A DNA stretch of 64,000 bases from Candidatus Saccharimonas sp. (GTDB taxonomy: Bacteria; Patescibacteriota; Saccharimonadia; Saccharimonadales; Saccharimonadaceae): positions 48,621 through 112,620 of the forward strand of contig JBHRNN010000001.1 of NCBI GenBank assembly GCA_042642485.1, written 5' to 3'. Numbering within the stretch: the first letter of the stretch is position 1; every line of letters begins with the position of its first letter. The notes below the pieces were generated by a model, which had not been told where the DNA came from, searched no databases, and saw only the letters and a list, made by a program, of their open reading frames with translations. Below are positions 37,206-47,608 of this stretch, piece after piece. A program made the position numbers and the translations under genes.

Positions 37206-37584
37206 GTGAGCAGGCACGATAAAACAACAAAAATACAGAAGTTCAAATTGCCATTAAAAACGTTGGCTGCTGCGTTCGGTGTCTTGTCGGTACTTGTTGC
37301 GCCAACACTCTATTCGCCAAAAGCCGCAGCTGACGCTATCAACAACACGGACTTCGTATTTACTATCGATACCAGAAAGCCGGGGTCGCCAAACACTCAG
37401 TTTGTTATTCCGACAAGCGGTTCAGGATACAATTATACTGTTGACTGCAATAATGACAGTACACTTGAGGTATCTGGAAGAATGTCTGGCTATACGTGCA
37501 ATTATTCTACGCCAGGAATTTATACCATACGCATTGGCGGCGTCTATCTTTGTAGCTTCTGGTATTGTTTTGTTCAAGAAGTAA
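37206..37584 (+). pseudogene. Internally deleted paralog of the DUF285/BspA surface protein
   Basis: The N-terminal ~110 aa closely match 34534-36045 up to TIRIGGV. In another frame the sequence continues LAASIFVASGIVLFKK*, an anchor-type tail. Confidence 0.8.
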
Positions 37585-37779
37585 GCGAACGTCCGTAATA
37601 TAGGCAGGGAAAGTGAAAAGATAACTTCTCCACTATTTCCAGGAAACTGGTATCGAACCAGGAAATATCAAAGACGAGAATTAGTTCAAGGTGTAGGTTC
37701 AGTTGTTGCTGGTCAGGCTTGTATTGCGGGGTGATAATGTGCTAGTAAACTTCTGTCGCCTCTGATATACTTAGAAGCA

Positions 37780-39279
37780 ATGGGAAAGAATCTTTATATC
37801 ACAACGGCGATTCCATACGTCAATGGCAAGCCGCATATCGGTAATGCACTAGACTATTTGCTTGCAGATATCTGGTCGCGCTACCAGCAGCAGAAAGGCA
37901 AAAAAGTGCGCTTTCAGGTTGGCACTGATGAGCATGGTAATAAAATCGCCGCCAAGGCTGCCGAACAAAATCTGACGCCGCAAGCATATGTCGATCAGAC
38001 TCATCAAAATTTCAAGATACTGATGGATGCTGAACACGCCGAATATACTGATTTTGTCCGTACGTCTGATTCACATCATATGGGGGCGGTGCGCTATATT
38101 TGGAAACAGTTGGACCAGGCGGGGCTGATTTATAAAAGTACTTACAACGGCTGGTACTGTATGGGTCATGAAGCTTTCTTTACTGATAAAGAAGTTCAAG
38201 AAACTGGCGGGGTTTGTCCTGACCACCAAACGCCTTATCAACAAGTTAGCGAAGAGAACTATTATTTGAAAGCGAGCGCCTATACTGATAAAGTCCGCCA
38301 AGCAATCGAGTCGGGCCGAATGAAAATTGTACCAGAGTTTCGCAAAAAAGAATTTCTGGAATTAATGAAAGACGGTTTGCACGACGTATCAATTAGCCGG
38401 CCGCGCAAGAGTCTGACCTGGGGAGTACCGGTACCAGGAGACGACAGCCAGGTGATGTATGTCTGGTTGGACGCCTTAGCTAATTACATCACGGTGCTAG
38501 GTTATCCGGATCAGCCGGAGTGGAAAGATTTTTGGCCAGCTGACGTGCAAGTGATTGGCAAAGATATCCTGCGTTTTCATGCCGGTATTTGGCCAGTGAT
38601 GCTATTAGGGGTTGGTCTACCGCTGCCTAAGACGTTGTTAGTGCACGGTTTCGTTAATGTGGGCGGTGCTAAGATGAGTAAAACTGTTGGTAATGTCGTC
38701 GATCCGATGGAGATTATCAAGGATTACGGCGTTGACGCTTTTCGCTATTACTTTTCGCGGCATATTCCAACCAAGGATGACGGCGACTTCACCTGGGAGA
38801 AGTTTGAGAAGGCTTATAATGGAGAGCTGGGCAATGATCTCGGTAATTTAGTGCAGCGGGTTATTGCTATGATTCAGCGTTATCAGTCGGGTGTAATTGG
38901 CGAGATTCCTCGCCCAGGACACGATATGGGGCCATACCGCCAGGCAATGGAAGCGCTTGATTTTGATCGAGCAATAGATGAAGCATGGCAACAGGTGCGA
39001 GCACTTAATCAATATATTGATGACGTTAAACCGTGGGAAGTTGCCAAGAAGCGCCAAAAGGACGCTGATGCCGCCGAGCATTTATCGGAAATCTTATCTT
39101 ATGCTGTTGGTGCGCTTGAGGAAATTGCTGATTTGCTAATTCCGTTTATGCCAGTGACCGCTAGCACTATTCACAAGATGTTTTCGGCAGGAGTTGTGCC
39201 CGAGAAAGCAGCGCCACTTTTCCCAAAAATCTATATTCATACGCCCAATCCGCAAACGGCATCTAGTAAAAAGAAATAA
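37780..39279 (+). CDS. metG: Methionine--tRNA ligase (short form)
   Basis: YITTAIPYVNGKPHIGN, GTDEHG, YVWLDAL, KMSKT. Confidence 0.96.
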   Translation: MGKNLYITTAIPYVNGKPHIGNALDYLLADIWSRYQQQKGKKVRFQVGTDEHGNKIAAKAAEQNLTPQAYVDQTHQNFKILMDAEHAEYTDFVRTSDSHHMGAVRYIWKQLDQAGLIYKSTYNGWYCMGHEAFFTDKEVQETGGVCPDHQTPYQQVSEENYYLKASAYTDKVRQAIESGRMKIVPEFRKKEFLELMKDGLHDVSISRPRKSLTWGVPVPGDDSQVMYVWLDALANYITVLGYPDQPEWKDFWPADVQVIGKDILRFHAGIWPVMLLGVGLPLPKTLLVHGFVNVGGAKMSKTVGNVVDPMEIIKDYGVDAFRYYFSRHIPTKDDGDFTWEKFEKAYNGELGNDLGNLVQRVIAMIQRYQSGVIGEIPRPGHDMGPYRQAMEALDFDRAIDEAWQQVRALNQYIDDVKPWEVAKKRQKDADAAEHLSEILSYAVGALEEIADLLIPFMPVTASTIHKMFSAGVVPEKAAPLFPKIYIHTPNPQTASSKKK

Positions 39280-39284
39280 GCCAA

Positions 39285-40085
39285 ATGAATTCGTTGCTTC
39301 GCTTGGTTGATACGCATTGTCATATTCATGATAGCGAGTTCTATAACGCTTCGGCGCGCGAGAAAGCTTACCAGGAATCAGTGAAGAATGGCGTAGCGAT
39401 GATTTGTGTTGGTACGGATTTGCGCAGCTCGCGTCAGGCTCTAGAGTTTGCTAGGATGCATGATTTTGTTTGGCCAGTCGTCGGCATTCACCCGCACGAC
39501 GCAGCGACAAATAACGTCGAGGAATTGCGCCAATTGGTAGCAGACAATCGCGATGAAATCGTCGGCATTGGTGAAATTGGTTTAGATTATTTTTATGATA
39601 ATAGTCCGCGCGATATTCAACAGGGCGTTTTGCGGCGGCAACTCGAAGTAGCGCGAGATTTTAACTTGCCGATTAGTTTTCATGTACGCGACGAAAAAGC
39701 CGCTGTTGGTGCAGTCTGGGCGGATTTTTGGCCGATTTTCGATGAATTCAAAGGTTTGCGCGGCATTTTGCATAGCTTTACCGATTCTGAGGAAAATTTG
39801 CAGCGTGGGTTGGATCGTGGTTTATACGTTGGCGTTAACGGTATAAGTACTTTTACTAAAAATAAAAATCAACAGAAAATGTTTAACCAAATTCCGCTTG
39901 AACGCTTAGTTTTTGAAACTGACGCACCTTTCTTGACGCCAGTGCCATTTCGTGGTAAAGTGAATATACCAGCGTATGTGAGGCAGGTAGCAGAATATCA
40001 TGCGCGCGCTCGTGACATCGCTATAGAAGAGGTCGCTAGCGTAACTACTCGCAACGCGCGGCAAGTTTTTGGGGTAAGCCTATGA
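39285..40085 (+). CDS. tatD: TatD family hydrolase
   Basis: DTHCH, GIHPH, GEIGLDY, LHSFT, ETDAPFL. Confidence 0.95.
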   Translation: MNSLLRLVDTHCHIHDSEFYNASAREKAYQESVKNGVAMICVGTDLRSSRQALEFARMHDFVWPVVGIHPHDAATNNVEELRQLVADNRDEIVGIGEIGLDYFYDNSPRDIQQGVLRRQLEVARDFNLPISFHVRDEKAAVGAVWADFWPIFDEFKGLRGILHSFTDSEENLQRGLDRGLYVGVNGISTFTKNKNQQKMFNQIPLERLVFETDAPFLTPVPFRGKVNIPAYVRQVAEYHARARDIAIEEVASVTTRNARQVFGVSL

Positions 40086-40420
40086 ATGAAGATTTGAAGT
40101 ACAGGAGTAAGTTTAATAAAATACCGGCAGAAAATGTCGGTAGTTTTAGTTATGAGAATAATACTTATGCTAGTAACCCTGAATTGCAACGATTAGGCGA
40201 ACTGGCTCGCCGACAGGCCGAACCAGCAAAGCCTGATCAGGCTATCGATTCATCGGCAATTGATTATATTAAATCGCTAGACGAACAGCTAGAGAACGAG
40301 CATTTTACTCCCGAGGAGATTATTGCTCGGGCGAGTCAAGGGGTGGTAAACCTTCGCTCGGGTTATGAAGCGGGTTATGCGAAGTATCTTGAGGAATTTA
40401 AACGTAAAAGCGCAACTTGA
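40082..40420 (+). CDS. Hypothetical protein
   Basis: 112 aa ORF coupled to tatD (ATGA). Confidence 0.65.
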   Translation: MNEDLKYRSKFNKIPAENVGSFSYENNTYASNPELQRLGELARRQAEPAKPDQAIDSSAIDYIKSLDEQLENEHFTPEEIIARASQGVVNLRSGYEAGYAKYLEEFKRKSAT

Positions 40421-40423
40421 ATT

Positions 40424-40858
40424 ATGGTAAAAAGCGTACTCAAAAAAACTATCACAATGCTTGTCGGCGATGATTTATCGCTTGGTTTGCCGAAACTCCG
40501 CAAAAAACGTCCGCTTAAAAAACTGAGCGAGCGCGAACTACTGGCACTAGAAAGTGAAATTGGCTCGGCGCTTTTCGGCGAGATTCCTAAAGGTCATCGC
40601 CGCGAGTTCTTTTGCTTGGACGAAAAAACATGGATGTGGCATGAGGAATGGATTGATGCCAAGCACAAACTTAAAACCCACACGATCAAATATGAAGTAA
40701 CCGATCGAGGTATCTTGAAAACTCAACCTGGCCCGCGTTATTCATACCTCGAGGGTGATGAATTGCGTAATTTTAGTATCGCTACGCAAATGTATTATGA
40801 GCAAGTTGCCCGCCAAGTTTACAAGCGAGATCCCGAGACCGGCGAAAAATTGGTATAA
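40424..40858 (+). CDS. Hypothetical protein
   Basis: 144 aa ORF with globular-looking motif ESEIGSALFG.IP.GHRREFFCLDEKTWMWHEEW. Confidence 0.8.
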   Translation: MVKSVLKKTITMLVGDDLSLGLPKLRKKRPLKKLSERELLALESEIGSALFGEIPKGHRREFFCLDEKTWMWHEEWIDAKHKLKTHTIKYEVTDRGILKTQPGPRYSYLEGDELRNFSIATQMYYEQVARQVYKRDPETGEKLV

Positions 40859-40866
40859 TAGAAAGC

Positions 40867-42015
40867 GTGAAATCATCAATAATCTATCTCGACCATGCTG
40901 CTGCCACGCCTCTAGACGAGCGCGTTTTGGCGGCGATGCAGCCGTATTTCTCTGAGATGTTTTATAATCCTTCGGTGCCGTATGCTCCAGCGGTGGAAGT
41001 CAAGCGCGCTTATAATAAAGCTAAGCATCGTTTGGCTGTTTGTCTTGGCGGACAGGCTAGCGAGCTGGTTGTGACGGCTGGCGCTACAGAGTCTATTAAT
41101 TTGATGATAAATAGCATTGACGGACATATCGTATCAAGTGCCATTGAGCATGATGCAGTACTGAAAGCGCTTGATGATAATGTAACGCTGGTGGCTCCAT
41201 CTAAAAAAGGCAATATTGCGCCGCGCGATATTCAAGCAGCTATTAGGCCAGATACGCAGCTAATAACTATCGCTATCGCTAATCACGAACTTGGTACCGT
41301 TCAACCGCTACGCGACATTGCTGAAGTTGTCCGTACTGAGCGTCGCCGCCGGTTTGAAGCGGGTGAGCTGACGCCAATCTATCTGCACACTGATGCTTCG
41401 CAAGGGGCTGGGCAGATTGACATCAATGTAGCGCGGCTAGGCGTTGATGCGCTGACGCTAAATGCTGGTAAGATTTATGGCCCGAAACAAGTTGGTTTGC
41501 TTTGGTGTAATCGGATGATACGCTTGCGGCCGCTAGTTCGCGGCGGCGGGCAAGAGCGGGGCTTGCGCAGCGGTACCGAAAATGTTGCGGGCGCCATTGG
41601 TTTTGCAGTAGCGTTAGAATTAGCGCAGCAACATCGTAATTCTGAGAATAAGCGCTTGCGCCAGTTGCGCGACCAGCTGCAAAATCAGCTGGCAGAAGCT
41701 TTTCCGTGGGCGATTGTCTCCGGCGATCAAAAACATCGCCTGGCAAGTCATTTGCATATATCATTCCCCGGAATTGATGCCGAACGGTTAGTTTTTATGC
41801 TAGAGCGAAAAGGGGTGCTGGTAGCGACTGGCAGTGCTTGTGCAGCGAATTCCGGGACGCGTTCGCATGTGCTAGAAGCGATTGGCTTAGCGCCAGAGGT
41901 GGCGGACGGCAGTTTGCGTCTGACACTGGGTCGCCTATCGGATGCTGAAACGTGCACGGCGGCTGCCCGAGAAATTATCGCTGCGATTAATACAGAAAAG
42001 GCCAGGTTAGCTTGA
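40867..42015 (+). CDS. iscS: Cysteine desulfurase (IscS/NifS type)
   Basis: IYLDHAAATP, GATESIN, HTDASQ, GGGQERGLRSGTEN, ATGSAC; located near mnmA. Confidence 0.92.
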   Translation: MKSSIIYLDHAAATPLDERVLAAMQPYFSEMFYNPSVPYAPAVEVKRAYNKAKHRLAVCLGGQASELVVTAGATESINLMINSIDGHIVSSAIEHDAVLKALDDNVTLVAPSKKGNIAPRDIQAAIRPDTQLITIAIANHELGTVQPLRDIAEVVRTERRRRFEAGELTPIYLHTDASQGAGQIDINVARLGVDALTLNAGKIYGPKQVGLLWCNRMIRLRPLVRGGGQERGLRSGTENVAGAIGFAVALELAQQHRNSENKRLRQLRDQLQNQLAEAFPWAIVSGDQKHRLASHLHISFPGIDAERLVFMLERKGVLVATGSACAANSGTRSHVLEAIGLAPEVADGSLRLTLGRLSDAETCTAAAREIIAAINTEKARLA

Positions 42016-42617
42016 AAAGATTTTTAATAGCTATCGTTACGCTGGCCATTGTTTCGGCTGCAATAATCATCGGTATTACTTTGTTTTTATCAAAGAACGA
42101 TTTGCAAGGCTGTGGCGATATTCCAGATGCGACACGCCAACAGTGTGCGGCAGCCGATGCGATCGTAGCGGTGAGCGGCGGCGATACCAGCGCTCGTACT
42201 GCTGAAGCAGTGCGATTGTACAAGAATAACTGGGCGCACAAATTAGTTTTCTCTGGTGCGGCAGCTGATAAAACTGGCCCGAGTAATGCTCGAGCAATGA
42301 AGAGACAGGCTATCGTTGCAGGCGTACCGGCTAGTGATATTCTGATAGAGGAAACCAGCGAAACAACTGCCGAGAATGCCTCGCAAACCGTCAGCCTGCT
42401 CAAACAAAAGCAGATATCATCGGTAATTTTGGTGACAAGCGCTTACCACTCGCGGCGAGTTTCAATTGAATTTACTAAAGCAGCACCAAATATACTAACA
42501 CGTAGTCATCCAGTAGTTGCAGATAATCAATGGTCGAATATGTGGTGGACAACTGTTATAGGCTGGCAGCTGGCGTTGCAAGAGCTGGTAAAAATTATGG
42601 GAGTTGCAGCAGAATGA
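42012..42617 (+). CDS. YdcF/DUF218 (ElyC/SanA-like) protein
   Basis: DAIVAVSGG, LVFSG, EETSETTAENA, LVTSAYHSRR. Confidence 0.88.
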   Translation: MKRFLIAIVTLAIVSAAIIIGITLFLSKNDLQGCGDIPDATRQQCAAADAIVAVSGGDTSARTAEAVRLYKNNWAHKLVFSGAAADKTGPSNARAMKRQAIVAGVPASDILIEETSETTAENASQTVSLLKQKQISSVILVTSAYHSRRVSIEFTKAAPNILTRSHPVVADNQWSNMWWTTVIGWQLALQELVKIMGVAAE

Positions 42618-43744
42618 CCAGACCGCGTGTTTATGTTGGTATGAGTGGCGGCGTCGATAGTAGCGTCGCGGCAGCATTATTACTTGACCAAGATTATGAT
42701 GTTACTGGCGTCTATATGAGAAACTGGAGTCAAGATCTACCCGGTATGCAGTGTCCGTGGGCTGAGGATCTGGCTGATGCCAAGCGGGTGGCAGTGCAAT
42801 TAGGAATTGATTTTAAAGTATTTGATTTTGAAACACAGTATCGCCAAAAAGTTGTTGATTACATGCTTGACGAATATCGTGCTGGTAGAACGCCGAATCC
42901 AGATATTATGTGCAATCAAGAGGTTAAATTCAAGCTGTTCTTGGAGACTTCGTTGGCAGCAGGCGCAGATTATATCGCGACAGGGCATTATGCGCGAGTA
43001 CAGAATACTGGCAGTGCGAGTGATAGCTCTGAAAAAAATCTGGGCTGGCTCCAGCGGGTCTCGGATTCTTCTTCAGGGCTGGCCGAGCAAGCGTCAGCTA
43101 CCTTGCTTCGGGCTTGCGACGACAACAAAGATCAAACATATTTCCTGTACCGCGTGACGGCTGAGGCGCTGGCGAGAACCATGTTTCCACTAGGCGATCT
43201 GACCAAACCTGAAGTGCGTCAAATTGCCAAAGATCGCAGCTTATGGACAGCTCGCAAAAAAGAATCTATGGGCGTGTGCTTCGTTGGCAATGTCGGTATG
43301 CGCGAATTTCTTAGCCAGTATATTACGACGCGTCCGGGCGATATTATTGACAAAGAATCGGGCCGGGTGCTTGGCCGGCATGACGGTGCAATTTTTTATA
43401 CGCTTGGTCAAAGACATGGTCTGGATGTTGGCGGCGGGTTGCCGTATTATGTGGTTGGCAAAAATATGGATAAGAATGAAGTTTACGTTAGCCGTAATAT
43501 CAACGACGAGCACATGTGGCGAACCGAGATTAAGCTGACAGATATTCACTGGATCAATCAACCTTTGACTGAAGGTGCGCGAATACAGGTCCGGTTGCGC
43601 CACCGCGGAGCGCTTATTAACGCTATATATAGTGCCGACACGCTACATCTAGAGTCTGCCGAACGAGCTGTGGCGCCTGGCCAGTCGGCAGTGATCTATC
43701 GCGGTGAAGAGTGCTTGGGCGGTGGAATAATGTCGGACATATAA
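42614..43744 (+). CDS. mnmA: tRNA 2-thiouridine(34) synthase, with an ~30 aa insertion
   Basis: GMSGGVDSS, TPNPDIMCN, ATGHYAR, KDQTYFL, KKESMGVCF, APGQSAV. Confidence 0.96.
   Translation: MTRPRVYVGMSGGVDSSVAAALLLDQDYDVTGVYMRNWSQDLPGMQCPWAEDLADAKRVAVQLGIDFKVFDFETQYRQKVVDYMLDEYRAGRTPNPDIMCNQEVKFKLFLETSLAAGADYIATGHYARVQNTGSASDSSEKNLGWLQRVSDSSSGLAEQASATLLRACDDNKDQTYFLYRVTAEALARTMFPLGDLTKPEVRQIAKDRSLWTARKKESMGVCFVGNVGMREFLSQYITTRPGDIIDKESGRVLGRHDGAIFYTLGQRHGLDVGGGLPYYVVGKNMDKNEVYVSRNINDEHMWRTEIKLTDIHWINQPLTEGARIQVRLRHRGALINAIYSADTLHLESAERAVAPGQSAVIYRGEECLGGGIMSDI
43008..43097. repeat. Long imperfect palindrome in frame within mnmA
   Basis: AGCTCTGAA-AAAAATCTGGG...CTCGGATTCTT-C-TTCAGGGCT pairs (43025-43080); outer CTGGC/GTCAG. 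Confidence 0.6.
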
Positions 43745-43790
43745 GGAATGCCAAATGTTCTGATAAAATATGCGAAGGTGTTATATTAAA

Positions 43791-44291
43791 ATGAAAATTG
43801 ATAATAGTTTTCCAGTTGTTCTCTGGGGTAAAGACAAATCAACAAAGTCTCAATTCTATCCGTGTGAAGCCATTCCTGACTTTTCGCTTGTGACATCGTG
43901 TATGGTTTGTGCAGTTCATGAAAATAAAATACTTCTGGCCAAGCCACCGCGTGGCTGGGGTTTTCCAGGTGGTCGTATGGAATTAGGAGAAACGCCAGAA
44001 GATTGTGCGCGGCGCGAGGTGTATGAGGAAACATCCGTTGAGCTAAATTCTCTAAAATTGATTGGTGCTTGGCATATTGAAAAGCTATTTCATTCTAAAT
44101 ATAACGATAGATACCCTGATAGGGCATATCAGCTGCTTTTTCTGGCTGATGTGAAACGAATAGATGATTTTGTAGCTTCGCACGAATCGTTAGCCAGGGA
44201 GTCTGTAGAATTTGATAAAGTACAAGACTATCACCATGATTTTGCTAATTTTGCTGAGATTATGACATATATTAAGAGCTGTGTCCTTTAG
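43791..44291 (+). CDS. NUDIX hydrolase
   Basis: Nudix box GGRMELGETPEDCARREVYEETS; start uncertain (43770 or 43791). Confidence 0.88.
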   Translation: MKIDNSFPVVLWGKDKSTKSQFYPCEAIPDFSLVTSCMVCAVHENKILLAKPPRGWGFPGGRMELGETPEDCARREVYEETSVELNSLKLIGAWHIEKLFHSKYNDRYPDRAYQLLFLADVKRIDDFVASHESLARESVEFDKVQDYHHDFANFAEIMTYIKSCVL

Positions 44292-44363
44292 ATCTTTAGT
44301 TTGTCGTAGAGATGGCGGGTTGTTGGTCGCTAAGCAGGTGGTTTTCGTGCTATAATTACCTCT

Positions 44364-46241
44364 ATGAGCACACAAGAAATCCGCCAGAAATATCTCGAAT
44401 TTTGCCAAAGGAACGGCCACGCTATTATTGAGCGGGCGCCGCTTATACTGCACAATGACCCGACGACATTATTTACCGGCTCGGGTATGCAGCCGCTATT
44501 GCCGTATTTGCTGGGCCAGGATCATCCGCAAGGCACTAAATTGGCTGATAGCCAAACGTGTTTGCGGGCGCAGGATATTGAGGATGTTGGCGATAATCGA
44601 CACACGACGTTCTTTGAGATGCTGGGCAATTGGAGTATGGGCGAATATTTCAAACGCCAGCAGATTGAGTGGTTTTTCGAATTTTTGACAGAAATAGTTG
44701 GACTGGATCCGCATAAAATCTACGTTAGCTGTTTTATCGGCGATGAGAAAAACAACATTCCGCGCGACGATGAGGCAGCGCAAATTTGGCAAGAAGTTTT
44801 TGCCAAAAAAGGCATTGAAGCTAAAATCGTCGAGCTGGATAGCGCTGAAAATGGCGATAGGCTGGGTATGCAGGGCGGTCGGATTTTCTTTTACAACGAT
44901 AAAGAGAACTGGTGGAGCCGCGGCGGCGGGATTGATAGTACGCCGATTGGTGATCCGTGCGGGCCGGACAGCGAGGTGTTTTATGACTTTGGCGAGCAGC
45001 ATCATGATGCCAGCTTTGGGCAGGCGCATCCGGCTAGCGATAGCGGCCGATTTATGGAAATTGGCAACCAAGTGTTTATGCAGTATCGCCGGCTGGATGA
45101 CGGTAGTTTTGAACCGCTGAAACGTAAGAATGTTGATTTCGGCGGCGGCCTGGAGCGGATTGCCGCTGCGGCAATTGATAGTCCTGATGTCTTTAAGATT
45201 AGTCTACTACAGCCAATTATTAAAAAGTTGGAAAGTTTAAGCGGCAAGGAATATGCTACGCATACCGCATCAATGCGAGTGATTGCTGATCATCTTAGGG
45301 CGGCGGTATTTTTGGCGGTCGACGGCTGCGTGCCGAGCAATAAGGAGCAGGGCTACGTGATGCGCCGCTTACTGCGCCGGGCGATTCGTTATAGTTTTGA
45401 CCTGGGGATTGAGCAGAATTTCCTGGAGGAAGTCGTGCCGGTAATTGCTGATTTATATGAAGCAGATTTTCCAGATGTCAAAGAGAATCGCGAGCAGATT
45501 ATTGCTGTGTTGGTCAAAGAGGAAAAAGCTTTCCGTCAGACACTACGCAAAGGTCTCAGGCAAATGCAGCATTATATCGACGACGGCTTGACTGGCGAAG
45601 AGTTATTCATGCTGTATGATACGTTTGGTTTTCCAGTAGAGCTGAGTACCGAAGAAGCATATAAACAAGGCATCAAGCTTTCTGATAATTGGCGCGCCGA
45701 ATTTGATGCGCGAATGGCCGAGCAGCGCCAACGCTCCAAGACAGCGCGCAAGGGACAATTTAGCGGCGGTTTGGAAGGTCACGATCCAATCCATCTGAAA
45801 TATCATACGGCGACGCACTTGTTGGGGGCGGCACTGCGCAAAGTCCTCGATGCACCGGATTTGCAGCAGCATGGTAGCAATATCACTGCTGAGCGCCTGC
45901 GTTTCGATTTCAATCACGACAAATTGACGTCGGAGGAAAAACAGGCGGTGGAAGATCAGGTCAATGCTTGGATCGACGCTGATTTACCAGTTAGCTACCA
46001 GGTTTACCCGACCGATGAAGCGCTAAAAATGGGTGCAATCGGCGCTTTTGGCGAACGCTACGGTGATGAGGTGAAAGTCTATTCCATCGGCGAAGGCGAC
46101 AATATCATCAGCTTTGAAGTTTGCGGCGGCCCGCACGTCGAGCACACCGGCGTCTTGGCTGAGGGCGGCAAGCGCTTTAAAATCACCAAAGAAGAGTCTA
46201 GTTCGGCGGGAATTCGTCGGATTAAAGCGGTCTTGAGCTAA
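44364..46241 (+). CDS. alaS: Alanine--tRNA ligase, compact form without C-Ala
   Basis: DPTTLFTGSGMQ, HTTFFEMLGN, GLER, ADHLRA, LYDTFGFP; editing motifs HTATH and CGGPH; ends at GIRRIKAVLS. Confidence 0.95.
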   Translation: MSTQEIRQKYLEFCQRNGHAIIERAPLILHNDPTTLFTGSGMQPLLPYLLGQDHPQGTKLADSQTCLRAQDIEDVGDNRHTTFFEMLGNWSMGEYFKRQQIEWFFEFLTEIVGLDPHKIYVSCFIGDEKNNIPRDDEAAQIWQEVFAKKGIEAKIVELDSAENGDRLGMQGGRIFFYNDKENWWSRGGGIDSTPIGDPCGPDSEVFYDFGEQHHDASFGQAHPASDSGRFMEIGNQVFMQYRRLDDGSFEPLKRKNVDFGGGLERIAAAAIDSPDVFKISLLQPIIKKLESLSGKEYATHTASMRVIADHLRAAVFLAVDGCVPSNKEQGYVMRRLLRRAIRYSFDLGIEQNFLEEVVPVIADLYEADFPDVKENREQIIAVLVKEEKAFRQTLRKGLRQMQHYIDDGLTGEELFMLYDTFGFPVELSTEEAYKQGIKLSDNWRAEFDARMAEQRQRSKTARKGQFSGGLEGHDPIHLKYHTATHLLGAALRKVLDAPDLQQHGSNITAERLRFDFNHDKLTSEEKQAVEDQVNAWIDADLPVSYQVYPTDEALKMGAIGAFGERYGDEVKVYSIGEGDNIISFEVCGGPHVEHTGVLAEGGKRFKITKEESSSAGIRRIKAVLS

Positions 46242-46312
46242 TACTTGTAAGCCTCTATGATTTGGCAAAATCTAGCAACCATAAGCAAAAATAGTATATA
46301 ATAGATGTAGTT

Positions 46313-47596
46313 ATGGTTTTAGAGCGATTACGCAATAAGCTAAATAATCTAAAGGGCGAGTCCGATGATCAGCACGATGATTATATCGTTGCACTCGATA
46401 TCGGTACCGAAAACGTTAAGGCGCTATTAGCTCGCGTTAACGGCGACGATATTGAGATTCTTGGTGTTGGACGTGCTCATCAGGAGTTGTCTGACATGCA
46501 TTCAGGCGCAATCGCCGATATTGCTGGCGTAGTGCAACACTGCGAGGACGCTCTAACTCAGGCTGAGGATGAAGCTGGCTTGCAGGCCAAGCATGCTGTC
46601 ATCGGTATAGCTGGCGAACTAGTAAAAGGTACAACTAGCACGATTCGTTATCGTCGTCCGCAGCCCGACCGTCCGCTTGACGAGCAAGAAGTTGAGTTTA
46701 TTATCGAGAAGGTCCAAGATCGCGCTGCTAAACGGGCACAAAAACAGATTGCCTTAGAGACGGGCAATGACGAGGTTGAAGTCAAGCTGGTCAACTCAGC
46801 GCTGGTTAGTATTCATATTGACGGCTATAAAGTGTCGAATCCGATTGGCTTTCAGGGCAAGGATGTAGCGGTGCAAATTTATACGGCATTTGCGCCGATG
46901 GTACATATAGGCGCGTTGGAGCGAGTGGCGCAAGAGCTTGATTTGGAGTTGCTAGCGGTCGCTGCTGAGCCGTTTGCAGTTAGCCGTAGCGTACTTGGCA
47001 CTGATAGTAGTAGTGCTTTTACGGCAATTTTGGCAGATGTAGGTGGTGGTACAACTGATATTGCAGTGGTTAATGACGGCGGCGTTGAAGGCACCAAGAT
47101 GTTTGGTATCGGTGGCCGCAGTTTTACTAAAACTATCGCTGATGAGTTGTCAATTCCGTACGACCAGGCAGAAAAACTTAAAGTCAATATCGAGGATAGC
47201 AAAATCAAAACTACCGTCAAAAAAGATGTGGCAGTTGCCGTTGATAAAACTCTTGAGGTTTGGCTAGCTGGCGTAGAGCTAGCATTGAGCGAGTTTGACG
47301 CAGTCGATCAGCTGCCGCCGCGTATTTTGTTGTGCGGTGGCGGTGCTAGCTTGTCTCAATTAGTTGCGGCTCTCGAAAAGCGTGATTGGTACAGCGAGTT
47401 GCCATTTACTAAGCGTCCGACGGTACAGCGTATTCGTCCCGATCAGGTTGTTGGTATTACGGATAAAACCGGTGAAGTCAATGATCACACTTTTATTACG
47501 GCGATGGGCCTGCTGCGTGTTGGTTATGATACAATAATAGGAGCAGGCGACACTCAGTCGGTTCGCAGTAAAATTAATAGGATTTTGCGAATTTAA
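46313..47596 (+). CDS. FtsA/PilM-like actin-fold ATPase
   Basis: VALDIGTENVK, LADVGGGTTDIAV, IGGRSFT, AEKLK, ILLCGGGASL, TAMGL. Confidence 0.85.
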   Translation: MVLERLRNKLNNLKGESDDQHDDYIVALDIGTENVKALLARVNGDDIEILGVGRAHQELSDMHSGAIADIAGVVQHCEDALTQAEDEAGLQAKHAVIGIAGELVKGTTSTIRYRRPQPDRPLDEQEVEFIIEKVQDRAAKRAQKQIALETGNDEVEVKLVNSALVSIHIDGYKVSNPIGFQGKDVAVQIYTAFAPMVHIGALERVAQELDLELLAVAAEPFAVSRSVLGTDSSSAFTAILADVGGGTTDIAVVNDGGVEGTKMFGIGGRSFTKTIADELSIPYDQAEKLKVNIEDSKIKTTVKKDVAVAVDKTLEVWLAGVELALSEFDAVDQLPPRILLCGGGASLSQLVAALEKRDWYSELPFTKRPTVQRIRPDQVVGITDKTGEVNDHTFITAMGLLRVGYDTIIGAGDTQSVRSKINRILRI

Positions 47597-47608
47597 TAGA
47601 GAAATAAT

